This document shows positions 47,987 through 57,780 of a DNA stretch of 64,000 bases, one piece after another. This stretch comes from Piromyces finnis finn. Taxonomy: Eukaryota; Fungi; Neocallimastigomycota. Under the pieces are notes generated by a model. The model was not told where the DNA came from. It saw only the letters and a program-made list of their open reading frames with translations, and made no database searches. The stretch is taken from the NCBI GenBank assembly GCA_002104945.1, contig MCFH01000025.1, positions 685,540 to 749,539 on the forward strand, given 5' to 3'. A program made the position numbers and the translations under genes. Position 1 is the stretch's first letter, and every line of letters begins with the position of its first letter.

Positions 47987-50900
47987 TAAACAAACCAATC
48001 TATCGGTGGTACAACCAACGGTAGATAAAACCATAATTAATACTAATACCTCAAATAATAATTACCGAGAGCCTTCGTCTATAACCTTGGTTGCAACGAA
48101 GAAATCAAAAGACACAAATAGCAAAGCTAAAAATGCGCACAAGGAAACAACCAGCCAAATAAAGAGAATGCATGAGAATAAACTACAGCGAAATCCTATG
48201 CCTATTAAAACTGCTGCTATGAAGTATAATGAGCAATTAGATAAGAGAAGGAATTATATAAATAATAATGATAAGGAGATGAACTTGGACACTTCTGAAA
48301 TTATAACAATAGATTCTGATGGAAAATCAACCAAAGATGAAAATAAGTTAATAGAAACCATAGGAAAAGAAGAAATGGAAGAGGAGTTGGATGATATAAA
48401 TGAAGAATTGGGCAAGAATGATAAGAGCAAAGCAACAACTCCTAAGGAAAATAGAAAATTAAACAAAGTAGAGAAGTTAGAACACTTGGATGTATCCTAT
48501 CTAAATGATAAAAGAATAGAGAATGTAAAGAAGAAAAATCGGGAAGAAAGAAATGCTGAAATGAAGAAACAAGAAAGGAAGGAAATAGATAAAATAAACC
48601 CTAACCCACCGCAAGAACAAATTTTAAATATTGAAAAACACATACGTCTAATGGATGGTTTTGAAGAGTTCAAGGTAGATGATTTAGTTAAAGAAGTAGC
48701 TTCAACAGAAGTGGTAACAAAACTTGTGAATTTATTAGACCTGTTCCCAAAATTCCGCACAGCATTTGCCCAGAAGTTGAAATTAACACCAAAATTCAAA
48801 AATGCAGTAACAAATGCTGTCACCTTGCTTGGAGAACATAAAGTTGTCAAAGTCCGCGGGAAGGTAGAAGATGTGGAGGCTGAAATATTCTTAGATTCAT
48901 GTGCCAGCGTTAATATGATAACAAAGTCAGCACTCCGCAAATTTAGGATTCACAAGCAGCCAGTAGGAAATATTACAGAGACAATATTTCAGGCATATTC
49001 CAATACTTCATCGAATACGGATATATATAAACTAAAAATCACAATTGGCGAGAAGACTTTCACAGAGATATTTAGGGTTATCGAAAAAGATGATATCTTT
49101 GATATATTAATTGGAATCGATTCCCTTAAAAGGAATAGGTTTAGTTTAAATTTTGTGGATGATAATTTATATTACATTGATAAAAACAATTCTCCCATGA
49201 AAATTGCAGACCTCCATTATGATGTAAATCTCCAGGAATCTAAAGGGGAGGATTCAGAGGAGGAAACTATAGAAGAAACACCAATGTTAATAACAGTAGC
49301 GATGTCTACCCAGAATGAAGGAAAAGAAGGAACGTTAGAAACAAAAGAAAATATTATTAATAATATTGTGAATAAAATTCCGAAAGATATTAGAGATGTA
49401 GTAAGAAAGCTATTTGATAAATTTAATCATGTTATCGCTGTTAAAACTGACGATCTGAGTAGAACAAAATTACTACCTCATCGTATCAGGTTGAAGCCAA
49501 ACTCGCTTCCTTTTAAACAACGAGCATATAGGCTATCAAAAGTGCAAGCAGATGCATTGAAAGAGGAGTTAACCAAGCTGATTAAGAATAAATTAATTGA
49601 ACCATCCCATTCATCGTGGTCGTCGCCTGTAGTCTTAGTGCCTAAGAAAAATGGAAAATACCGAATGTGTGTGGATTATCGACGCTTAAATGAATGTACA
49701 ATAAAGGATTCCTACGCTCTACCACTAATTGATGACATACTGTGCTACGTAGGTAAGAAAGCTGTTTTGACTACTATGGATTTGTTTTCGGGTTACCACC
49801 AAGTTCCGATGTATCCTGAGGATGAAGATCTTACATATTTTACCACTATATATGGAAACTATAATTTCAAGGTAATGCCTTTCGGGTTATGTAATGCCCC
49901 AGCTACCTTCCAGAGAGAAATGAACAGGATTTTCTTCGACCTTATTGGGAAGTGTGTCTTTATTTATATTGATGATTTGATAGTCTTTTCCAATACAATG
50001 GAAGAACATATTAGAGATTTATCAAAGGTTTTTAAAATACTCAGGGAAAATGGTTTAAGAATCAACATTGAGAAGTGTCACTTCTTTCAAGAAGAAGTAG
50101 AATTGCTAGGCCATGTATTATCTAAAGAAGGAATTAAACCAATTCCGGGGAAAACGCAGGTAATCATGAACTGGCTACCACCGAAAAATGTTTCTCAATT
50201 GCGTTCGTTTTTAGGGGCTGTAAGTTACTACCGAAAATTTATTGATAAATTTGCACAATATGCTAAACCATTATTTAAGTTATTAAAGAAAGACGAAGAG
50301 TTCAAATGGAGTCCAGAGGCGAATAATTCATTTGAAATCTTAAAATTAAGACTAATAGAAGCTCCGATATTAATGCCACCGGATTTTGATAAACCATTCA
50401 AGATTAGAACAGATGCATCACGTAATGGGATAGGTGGAGTGATTTTACAAATAGATGAAGATGGAATGGAGAAACCACTACACTTTGTAAGTAGGACACT
50501 GAATAAATCAGAAGAAAACTATAGTGTAACAGATTTAGAAGGGACAGCTGCATATTATTGTTCTAGGAAATTCAAGCATTATATAGTAGGAAATACGTTG
50601 GAAACTGAATTAATCACCGACCATAAACCGCTAGTTGGATTGATTAATAATAGCGAACCAACCAATAATCGACATCTTAAATGGGTCACTACGTTTAGTA
50701 TATTAAAAATCAAAGTGTTGTACGAAGAAGGAAAGAAGAATGTAATAGCTGACGCTCTATCAAGATTGACCAGTAAGGAAGAAAGTCAGTTAGCACCAAG
50801 ACCAAGTCATAACAAACAAACAATCAACGTGATCGTGGAGAACAATAGTAATACTACTAATAATAAAATAAGTGAGAATAATAATCAATATAAAAATATA

Positions 50901-52031
50901 AATGATTTTATTAATAGGAAACTTATAACTATGGATGGAATACAATACTACAAGAGTAATGGGAAACTAAGAAGAATTATAGATGATGACGAAGAAAAAT
51001 TCAGACTAATTGAAGCCGCTCATTCTATCGGACATGAAGGTATATACAAGACCTATCATAGGCTAAAGAAGGAATTTTATTGGAAGGGCATGAATAACGA
51101 TATAAAAATTTATATTAAGTGTTGTCCAAGATGCCAACAATTCAAGCCACAGAAATCTAACCTTTTTGTTGAAAGCATACCTACAAAGCCAGGCTTACCA
51201 TTTTCAAGAGTAGGTCTTGATCTGGTAGGTCCGTTGTCAATAACAAATAAAGGCAATAAATACATCATTGTCCTAGTGGACTATTTAACTAAATGGGTGG
51301 AGGCTGAGGCTTTGGAGAATATAGAATCCGATGATGTCATTGACTTTTTGAAGAGGGTATTTTCTCGCCATGGTATTCCAGAGGTTCTAGTAACAGACAA
51401 TGGGCCTCAATTTAGATCTGATAAGACGAAGGCATTCCTGGATTTACATGACGTGTACGTCCAATACGTATCGACATACCACCCTGCATCTAATGGAGAA
51501 GTGGAAAACCGGAATAAGGAGATAATCAAATATCTGAAACTATTAGGTAATGAAGAAGATGAATGGGATGAAATACTGCCTAGTGCATTATGGGCTCTTA
51601 GAACTTGTAAAAACGAAATTACAAAGTTCAGCAGCTTTGAACTACTATATGGACGCAAAGATCTACAACCCTTCGAACTATCTTTGATGAAAGACAGGAA
51701 TAAGTATGAGAACGAAGAGGAATATTGGATACAGAAGTTCGTGAGACATCATAAGTGGATACAAGAAGCCATCGATAATATTGAAACAGCCAATAAATTA
51801 TGGAGTGACCGGAGACGACAGAGTAAACGAATGAGAGCCGCATATAAACCTGGAGATTTAGTATTAGTTAAAGTATTCAATAGAAGGAAACTGGACCCTT
51901 ATTTTACTGGACCCTTAAAAATCATAAAGAAAGAATTTAATACAGTTACAGTTTGTGATCCTATTTCAGGGGAAATTGCAGAACGGAATATTCACTTAAA
52001 GAATATAATTCCATATTTTTCTGAATTGTAA
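47955..52031 (+). CDS. Element C Pol (PR, RT, RNase H, IN), reached by frameshift
   Basis: LDSCAS, VDYRRLN, MDLFSGY, MPFGLCNAP, IYIDD, RTDAS, TDNGPQF, GPLK; the frame is open from 47955. Confidence 0.93.
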   Translation, partial: KLNSGRRTTPSKQTNLSVVQPTVDKTIINTNTSNNNYREPSSITLVATKKSKDTNSKAKNAHKETTSQIKRMHENKLQRNPMPIKTAAMKYNEQLDKRRNYINNNDKEMNLDTSEIITIDSDGKSTKDENKLIETIGKEEMEEELDDINEELGKNDKSKATTPKENRKLNKVEKLEHLDVSYLNDKRIENVKKKNREERNAEMKKQERKEIDKINPNPPQEQILNIEKHIRLMDGFEEFKVDDLVKEVASTEVVTKLVNLLDLFPKFRTAFAQKLKLTPKFKNAVTNAVTLLGEHKVVKVRGKVEDVEAEIFLDSCASVNMITKSALRKFRIHKQPVGNITETIFQAYSNTSSNTDIYKLKITIGEKTFTEIFRVIEKDDIFDILIGIDSLKRNRFSLNFVDDNLYYIDKNNSPMKIADLHYDVNLQESKGEDSEEETIEETPMLITVAMSTQNEGKEGTLETKENIINNIVNKIPKDIRDVVRKLFDKFNHVIAVKTDDLSRTKLLPHRIRLKPNSLPFKQRAYRLSKVQADALKEELTKLIKNKLIEPSHSSWSSPVVLVPKKNGKYRMCVDYRRLNECTIKDSYALPLIDDILCYVGKKAVLTTMDLFSGYHQVPMYPEDEDLTYFTTIYGNYNFKVMPFGLCNAPATFQREMNRIFFDLIGKCVFIYIDDLIVFSNTMEEHIRDLSKVFKILRENGLRINIEKCHFFQEEVELLGHVLSKEGIKPIPGKTQVIMNWLPPKNVSQLRSFLGAVSYYRKFIDKFAQYAKPLFKLLKKDEEFKWSPEANNSFEILKLRLIEAPILMPPDFDKPFKIRTDASRNGIGGVILQIDEDGMEKPLHFVSRTLNKSEENYSVTDLEGTAAYYCSRKFKHYIVGNTLETELITDHKPLVGLINNSEPTNNRHLKWVTTFSILKIKVLYEEGKKNVIADALSRLTSKEESQLAPRPSHNKQTINVIVENNSNTTNNKISENNNQYKNINDFINRKLITMDGIQYYKSNGKLRRIIDDDEEKFRLIEAAHSIGHEGIYKTYHRLKKEFYWKGMNNDIKIYIKCCPRCQQFKPQKSNLFVESIPTKPGLPFSRVGLDLVGPLSITNKGNKYIIVLVDYLTKWVEAEALENIESDDVIDFLKRVFSRHGIPEVLVTDNGPQFRSDKTKAFLDLHDVYVQYVSTYHPASNGEVENRNKEIIKYLKLLGNEEDEWDEILPSALWALRTCKNEITKFSSFELLYGRKDLQPFELSLMKDRNKYENEEEYWIQKFVRHHKWIQEAIDNIETANKLWSDRRRQSKRMRAAYKPGDLVLVKVFNRRKLDPYFTGPLKIIKKEFNTVTVCDPISGEIAERNIHLKNIIPYFSEL

Positions 52032-52726
52032 TAAAAAAAAGAAATATTTAAAATTGGACTTCAAGGGACGAAGTCCAAACTAAGGCGGGATGTCTTGGTA
52101 CACCACATTCAGAAAAATGCAATAAATCCATATATTTGGTGAATGAAATAACCCTTATAATATATATGGATTTAAATATTTTTATTTAATAAATTTATAT
52201 AACGATAGTAATAATAAGAATGGTAAATTAAATTAAATTAATAACTTATAAATAATTTATTAAAGTAAAATAAACTTTTTATAATTTAATATAAGGATGA
52301 TAAAAATATAATTATATAAGGAAGAGAAAGACGCGTATATATATAAAAAAGAAAAGAAGAGTTTTTAGTTTTTAGTTAGTTTTAGTTAGTTTATATTAGT
52401 TATATTATAAATAAAATAAAGATAAGGTGATAATAATAGAAGAATAAATAATATTATTGTTAGATTTAGTGAAGGAATTAATAATAATATTAGTTTATTT
52501 TCTAAGATTATACCTATTTTTAAAACAAATAATAATATAAAATAATAATAAATAATACTTATAAATAATAAAGCTTGTAATAAAAATAATAAAATAATAA
52601 ACAAAATAATAAAATAATATATAATAAAAAAATATTCATCTAGAATATAAATTTGTTATTTATAACTGTTGTAGTGTCCCAAACAATAAAGAAAAAGGTA
52701 CTTATAATAAAATTCTGTACCATTTT

Positions 52727-53376
52727 TGATACAAGATGCATAGAAAAATATAATATTTTAAATATTTTATGAATAATATCTAATCCTTTTATAAATTGTA
52801 TATCAATTACTAATGATAATAATAATTAAACTATATTAGTATAAATTATTATGACGCAAATGTTACACATACATTAGAATAATTAGTTACACAAGAAAGG
52901 AAAAGATATAAAAGAGAGTGTTAAAGCAGAAGATATCAAGAGAGAGAACTTTTCATTTATAAATAATTTTTGATATTTTAGTTTTAAGTATTAGTTTTAT
53001 TTTATTTTATTTTTATATTAATAGTTTTAGTTTAAGTTAGTTTTAGGTTAATAATTACGTATTTAGTATTTATTATATTTCCTTCAGTTTAAATATTAGT
53101 TATAAAAGAAAAGAATATTTATTGTTTATTTTTACTATTTCAGAAAAGTTATATTTTATCATTAATAATACTTTCATCAACATATTTTTATATTTACACA
53201 TTATATTTAACTATTTATATTTATTCAATAATAACTTTCGATCCTATTAGTATTGAATGTTATTAATGTTATAATCATAATAATAATAATAATTAAATAA
53301 AGAATCTTTAAACCAAAATCTATTTAATTATATTATTATAAAATTTATTATTTTTTATTATTTATTTTTATTATTA

Positions 53377-53381
<5 letters not shown>
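52727..53381. mobile_element. Possible further LTR (element D) interrupted by the LINE
   Basis: Begins TGATAC directly after C's TTTT TSD, the same terminus as the tRNA-Pro element LTRs. Has TATAAAAGAGAG and ttttag-rich tracts like C's LTR. No second copy or CA end was found. Confidence 0.4.
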
Positions 53382-53430
<49 letters not shown>

Positions 53431-53481
53431 CTAGGAAGAGAATACACATCTTTTATTTATTTACTTACTTAATTAGTGATA

Positions 53482-56400
53482 TTACATAATATTAGGTGAT
53501 AATACATATTGATAATGATATAATAAATAATAAATAAAAATAAAAAAATATATATAAATAAAAATATAAAAATAAAAAAATATAAAATAATTATTTAAGT
53601 TGCATAAAAGTTCAATGAACTCTGCAATTTGTACTGTGTGGGATTGGTCCCTACCTAATAAATTAAATGAAATAAAAAAAAGAAGTAACATCAGGTATGA
53701 TAGTGTGGTGTCCACTAAACTCTCCCATGAGTTCATAATGTTTTCATTCGAATTTGAGGAAATACTAACATTGAACCCTGTGTACGGAACATTGGAAATG
53801 TTCCTTTGCCATATCGGTACGACGTCGGCGCTCTTGATTACGTTAGGTGTCTTACTAAACCTATCAAAAAGTAGCTTCATAGAGCTACTAATGATAGGGA
53901 TTGTTTTAGTAAGAAAAGCCGCGAGACCCTCTACATATGGAACATGAGACCCCGATGAACTGTAAAGCTGTTCATTCAAATGTCTTTGTTCCGCCTTATC
54001 GATATGTAGCTCATCATAAGCTAAAGTTCCACCAAGAAGGAACGTAAAAATATAGTTATAAATTATTTTTCTTACTTCCGTTTCGGGGAGTAAGTATGTG
54101 ATGAATTGGTTCTTATATTTATTGTAAAAAAGGGTAAAAAGATCGTCAAGAAAGCTAAGTGAAGAAGCTCTGTATTCAGAGAATGCAGAACATTCTAATA
54201 TCCAATGGTAAAAAGATTGTTCGTCATATCCGCAACATGGACAGACACGAGGGCAGTCAGGAGTAACTCTATTACTGGCAATAGCAATTCGGGTAGTATT
54301 TTCATAACCGCATCGAATACGAATAATCCAGGTAATTCCTAAATTTAAGTGAGGTTTGTTGAGACCGATATGCATTAGGCGATTTGAATTAAGGAATTTG
54401 TTGTTAGTATATCTGAGGGCTTTACTTCCATTATTTAGGCTACTATTATTCCAATAATATTCTCTAATATCTTTAGTACTTTTAATATTTATTTTCATAA
54501 GCTTCTTATGTAGTGAACAAGATTCTTTGGCCCAAGAGTAATGAGACATGGGAGGAATAGATCGGACGAGATCTTTAATTATACAATTTGATTTTCTCCA
54601 TTTAACAAAGCATTTCACTTGTTGCGCAGCACAAATACCTGAAAGGGTAGGAATCTTCATATCTCTTGTAAGAGCATACAGACTAATAAATGAATTTCGT
54701 TCAAAAACAAAATCTTTGTTATTAAAACTTTTATTGTGAAAGCTATTGACACTCCATAAAACAGCAGTATTGATAAGAGATTGGACTCTTCTAGTTCTAT
54801 TTTTGTTGGAACCAAGCAAAGGAGCATAATAAGAGACTTTGCTTAAAATATAAGAATGAATTACTATGTTTTTTAAGCCAATAGGAACACAATTGTTGGT
54901 GAGGAAGTTCTTAAAAGAGAATAAAGAATTCTGAACTTTTTTGTACATATTAGACAGAATAGGAGTCAAAGAAAGATCTTCGTCGAATGGGATTCCAAGA
55001 TAAGTATAGCAAGAAACCTTTGGAATCGAGTACATACCGATGTAAAATGTTGGGTCGACATAACTAGGGGATCTATTAAAGTTGATAGGTTTAACAACAA
55101 TAGTTGCACATTTATTTATTCCAAAAGACATTTCATTTAAATTAGCCCAATCAAGGACTAGATTGAGCATCTTTTGAAGGTTCTTCTTACTAGGAGCAAT
55201 CAAAACAATGTCATCAGCGAAAAGGCCACCACAACAACGTTTATTACCTAAGCTAACTCCAAGCCTTTCACATTTATTTAAAATATCATTGATAAAGAGG
55301 TTAAACAGTATAGGAGAAAGAGGACATCCTTGTCTTACACCACGGTTTATAGGGAATTCATTGGAAAGCATATCCAAGAAACGTGCACGAGCTTTAGAGG
55401 TAGAGTAGAGATTATTGAGAAAATCAAAACATTTACCACGTATACCTAATTTATATAACTTTGTAAGGATATTAAAAATAGGAACTGAGTCGTATGCTTT
55501 TTTAAGGTCTAGAAAGGCGACATAAGTGGCTTTTCCTTTAAATTTCCTTCTTTGACAGATTTCTCTAATGGAAATAAATAAGCTAATACATTCTTCTTTA
55601 TTGCGAAAACCAAATTGCTCAGGTCTTATAAAATTATGAGAAAGAGCATACTTTGAAATTCTATTAGTTACAATTTTTGAAATAATTTTAAGACCTACAT
55701 TGATGAGAGAAATACCACGATAATTATTACAGTCTGAGAGATCGCCTTTCTTTGGAATAGAAACAATGGAAGCAGAGTTCCATTTCAAAGGAAAGGAACC
55801 ATTCCAGATTTTATTAAAAATTAATTTAAGACAATTTCCAGCAGACTTATGTTCTTTCTCCAGTTCTTCGTTACAAAAGAAAGCTTTGAAAAATTCAATT
55901 GGGATACCATCGGGACCTGGAGCCTTGTTATTCTTCATTGACAGAACAACATTTCTAATTTCCTCAATAGAAATGGGACCATTTATATCCCATGCTATTT
56001 GGTTGATATGGTTGAATTGGAAGGCTCTTTCCCAGTAACCACGATTTAAGCTGTGATTTGTAACATCAGATGCAAGATTTTCATAATGTTCAGCCCAACG
56101 TTTTAATTGTTCTTGAGGAGTAAATAAATCCTTGCCATTCTTGTCCTTAATAGTTGAAACATGGGAGGACGAATAACTTGGTTTGGCAAGTTTTTTAAGG
56201 CCTTTCCAACCTTGTCTAAAGCTTTTATCAATAAAATGTTTACCGATAGAAACAATATTAGCTTTATAGAGATTGGATCTGAATTTGCTCTTAACCTTTT
56301 TGATGGTATTACATAGATTTTGGTATATGGAGAACTGGTTAAGATAATTTTCCATGTCAGCGCAATCTGAAAGGGGCTTAATATTTTTGTAAGCCAGGTG

Positions 56401-57426
56401 TTTTTCATGTGATAAGTTTTTGATGTATTGAGGGCAATGGAATGCTGGACCTTTTAAATCTGCGGGCACAATGGCTTTTATTTCTTTACCTATAGTTTTG
56501 GAAGTATCTAAAAATCTTGAAACCATATCGTCAGCCGAAAGGCTATCACAATTAGCTTCAAGCTCGGAAGCTAGAACAGCAAAGCGATTACTAGTAAGAA
56601 TGTCAGAACACTTTGTGTTACAGATATGACTTGACCACTTAAAGGTCTTCTTAGGCTTTTTGAAACCATCCGAAGAGTCTTTTTTACAAGACACAAGGAT
56701 CGGTTTGTGATCAGAAACATCGTGGAAAACTTCACAAACTGAAGATTTGTTTATGTGTTCTGTCATAGCTTTGTTGTATATAATATGATCAATGCATGAA
56801 GATTTAGATCCTTTTTCCCAGGTAAAATTATTACCAGTTAACTCAGCCATAGTCCAATCCGGGAAGTGTTGTGATATATAAGATTTGATTTTAATAGCTG
56901 ACATATTAAAGTCTCCTACAAGGATAGCTGGGTGGTTGAATTTGTTATGCGTTGTTAACCACTTATCAAGTTCATCAAAGGCAATTAATCTAGCATCCGG
57001 CCATCTAGTTTGCGGGAAGTAAATATTACCAATGGTACATCTCTGGTTCCAAAATGACAATATTGTAACTGAAATGATGTACTTATATAGAAGAGGTTCA
57101 GGAGTAAAGGAACAAGAATTATGAACATCAATGTAAAGTCCTCTCATACCTGGAACTTTAGGATTAGCACGTCTGTGTACTGGTTTATAGTTCGGTAGGC
57201 ATGGGGAGGAAATTGCATTACCACAGAGGAATTGGCTGTTACCTACTTCTTGAAGACAGACACATACAGGTTTGAAAACAGAGATGAAGTATAAAACACC
57301 GTCCTTTTTCTCCGGGTTCCAACCATTGATGTTCCAACAAGTACATAAGTTGAAAAAGGAAGCATTAGAGCTTAGATGACTAAAATAGAAATCGTCAGAG
57401 AGTGGACCAGTAGTAGATTTGATAGA
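53482..57426 (-). CDS. LINE 1 ORF2: APE endonuclease, RT, C-terminal CCHC knuckle (frame opens at 57426, first ATG at 57147)
   Basis: In-frame CWNINGW and CLQEVG lie upstream of the first ATG. Then GDFN, IDH, SDHKP (APE); APGPDG, YRGISL, QFGFR, DLKKAYDSV, GVRQGCPLSP, FADD, YTYLG (RT); CPCCG..HWILEC. Confidence 0.92.
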   Translation of the reverse strand, partial: SIKSTTGPLSDDFYFSHLSSNASFFNLCTCWNINGWNPEKKDGVLYFISVFKPVCVCLQEVGNSQFLCGNAISSPCLPNYKPVHRRANPKVPGMRGLYIDVHNSCSFTPEPLLYKYIISVTILSFWNQRCTIGNIYFPQTRWPDARLIAFDELDKWLTTHNKFNHPAILVGDFNMSAIKIKSYISQHFPDWTMAELTGNNFTWEKGSKSSCIDHIIYNKAMTEHINKSSVCEVFHDVSDHKPILVSCKKDSSDGFKKPKKTFKWSSHICNTKCSDILTSNRFAVLASELEANCDSLSADDMVSRFLDTSKTIGKEIKAIVPADLKGPAFHCPQYIKNLSHEKHLAYKNIKPLSDCADMENYLNQFSIYQNLCNTIKKVKSKFRSNLYKANIVSIGKHFIDKSFRQGWKGLKKLAKPSYSSSHVSTIKDKNGKDLFTPQEQLKRWAEHYENLASDVTNHSLNRGYWERAFQFNHINQIAWDINGPISIEEIRNVVLSMKNNKAPGPDGIPIEFFKAFFCNEELEKEHKSAGNCLKLIFNKIWNGSFPLKWNSASIVSIPKKGDLSDCNNYRGISLINVGLKIISKIVTNRISKYALSHNFIRPEQFGFRNKEECISLFISIREICQRRKFKGKATYVAFLDLKKAYDSVPIFNILTKLYKLGIRGKCFDFLNNLYSTSKARARFLDMLSNEFPINRGVRQGCPLSPILFNLFINDILNKCERLGVSLGNKRCCGGLFADDIVLIAPSKKNLQKMLNLVLDWANLNEMSFGINKCATIVVKPINFNRSPSYVDPTFYIGMYSIPKVSCYTYLGIPFDEDLSLTPILSNMYKKVQNSLFSFKNFLTNNCVPIGLKNIVIHSYILSKVSYYAPLLGSNKNRTRRVQSLINTAVLWSVNSFHNKSFNNKDFVFERNSFISLYALTRDMKIPTLSGICAAQQVKCFVKWRKSNCIIKDLVRSIPPMSHYSWAKESCSLHKKLMKINIKSTKDIREYYWNNSSLNNGSKALRYTNNKFLNSNRLMHIGLNKPHLNLGITWIIRIRCGYENTTRIAIASNRVTPDCPRVCPCCGYDEQSFYHWILECSAFSEYRASSLSFLDDLFTLFYNKYKNQFITYLLPETEVRKIIYNYIFTFLLGGTLAYDELHIDKAEQRHLNEQLYSSSGSHVPYVEGLAAFLTKTIPIISSSMKLLFDRFSKTPNVIKSADVVPIWQRNISNVPYTGFNVSISSNSNENIMNSWESLVDTTLSYLMLLLFFISFNLLGRDQSHTVQIAEFIELLCNLNNYFIFFYFYIFIYIYFFIFIYYLLYHYQYVLSPNIM

Positions 57427-57780
57427 TCATTTGTTTTTGTATGATCTATTGTTTTTGAGCTTATCAATGAATTTCCAAGATATTTTACTAGAGATTGGGA
57501 GTTTTTCAGAAAGTGAGTGTATAAGTAACATGGCTTTAAGCGGACGTTTTCCATTGACTTTAAGAATGAAATAGATACCGAGTGATTGTGAATATTTTTT
57601 GGTGAGGGATTGAAGAATATCATTGAAAGGTTGAATGTCCTTTAAAAGAAATTCCATTAGTCGTTGTTTTGACCATGAACTAAGATCATGGATAAAAATT
57701 AGATATGATTTATTGGAGTTAGATCCGAAGAAACGAAGACCACGTCGTAAGGTAGGTACAGTACAATTGGTATTGTTCAT
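57427..57780 (-). CDS. LINE 1 short upstream ORF (117 aa), RRM-like, same frame as ORF2
   Basis: Beta-alpha-beta-beta-alpha-beta-like pattern (YLIFIHDL / SKQRLMEFLL / YFILKVNG / AMLLIHSLSEKL / KISWKF). A homologous stretch is recognisable at the 5' end of LINE 2. The fold call is inference. Confidence 0.6.
   Translation of the reverse strand: MNNTNCTVPTLRRGLRFFGSNSNKSYLIFIHDLSSWSKQRLMEFLLKDIQPFNDILQSLTKKYSQSLGIYFILKVNGKRPLKAMLLIHSLSEKLPISSKISWKFIDKLKNNRSYKNK

Larger units (their letters stand above)
45831..52722 (+). mobile_element. Element C: full-length Ty3/gypsy LTR retrotransposon, tRNA-primed
   Basis: 627-bp LTRs TGGTAC...GTACCA at 45831-46457 and 52096-52722, with one mismatch noticed. 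PBS TGGTGGAGAATCCGGGCGT at 46464-46482 (probably tRNA-Ala; inference). PPT-like AAGGCGGGA at ~52082. A 4-bp TSD TTTT is recovered once element B is removed. Confidence 0.96.
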
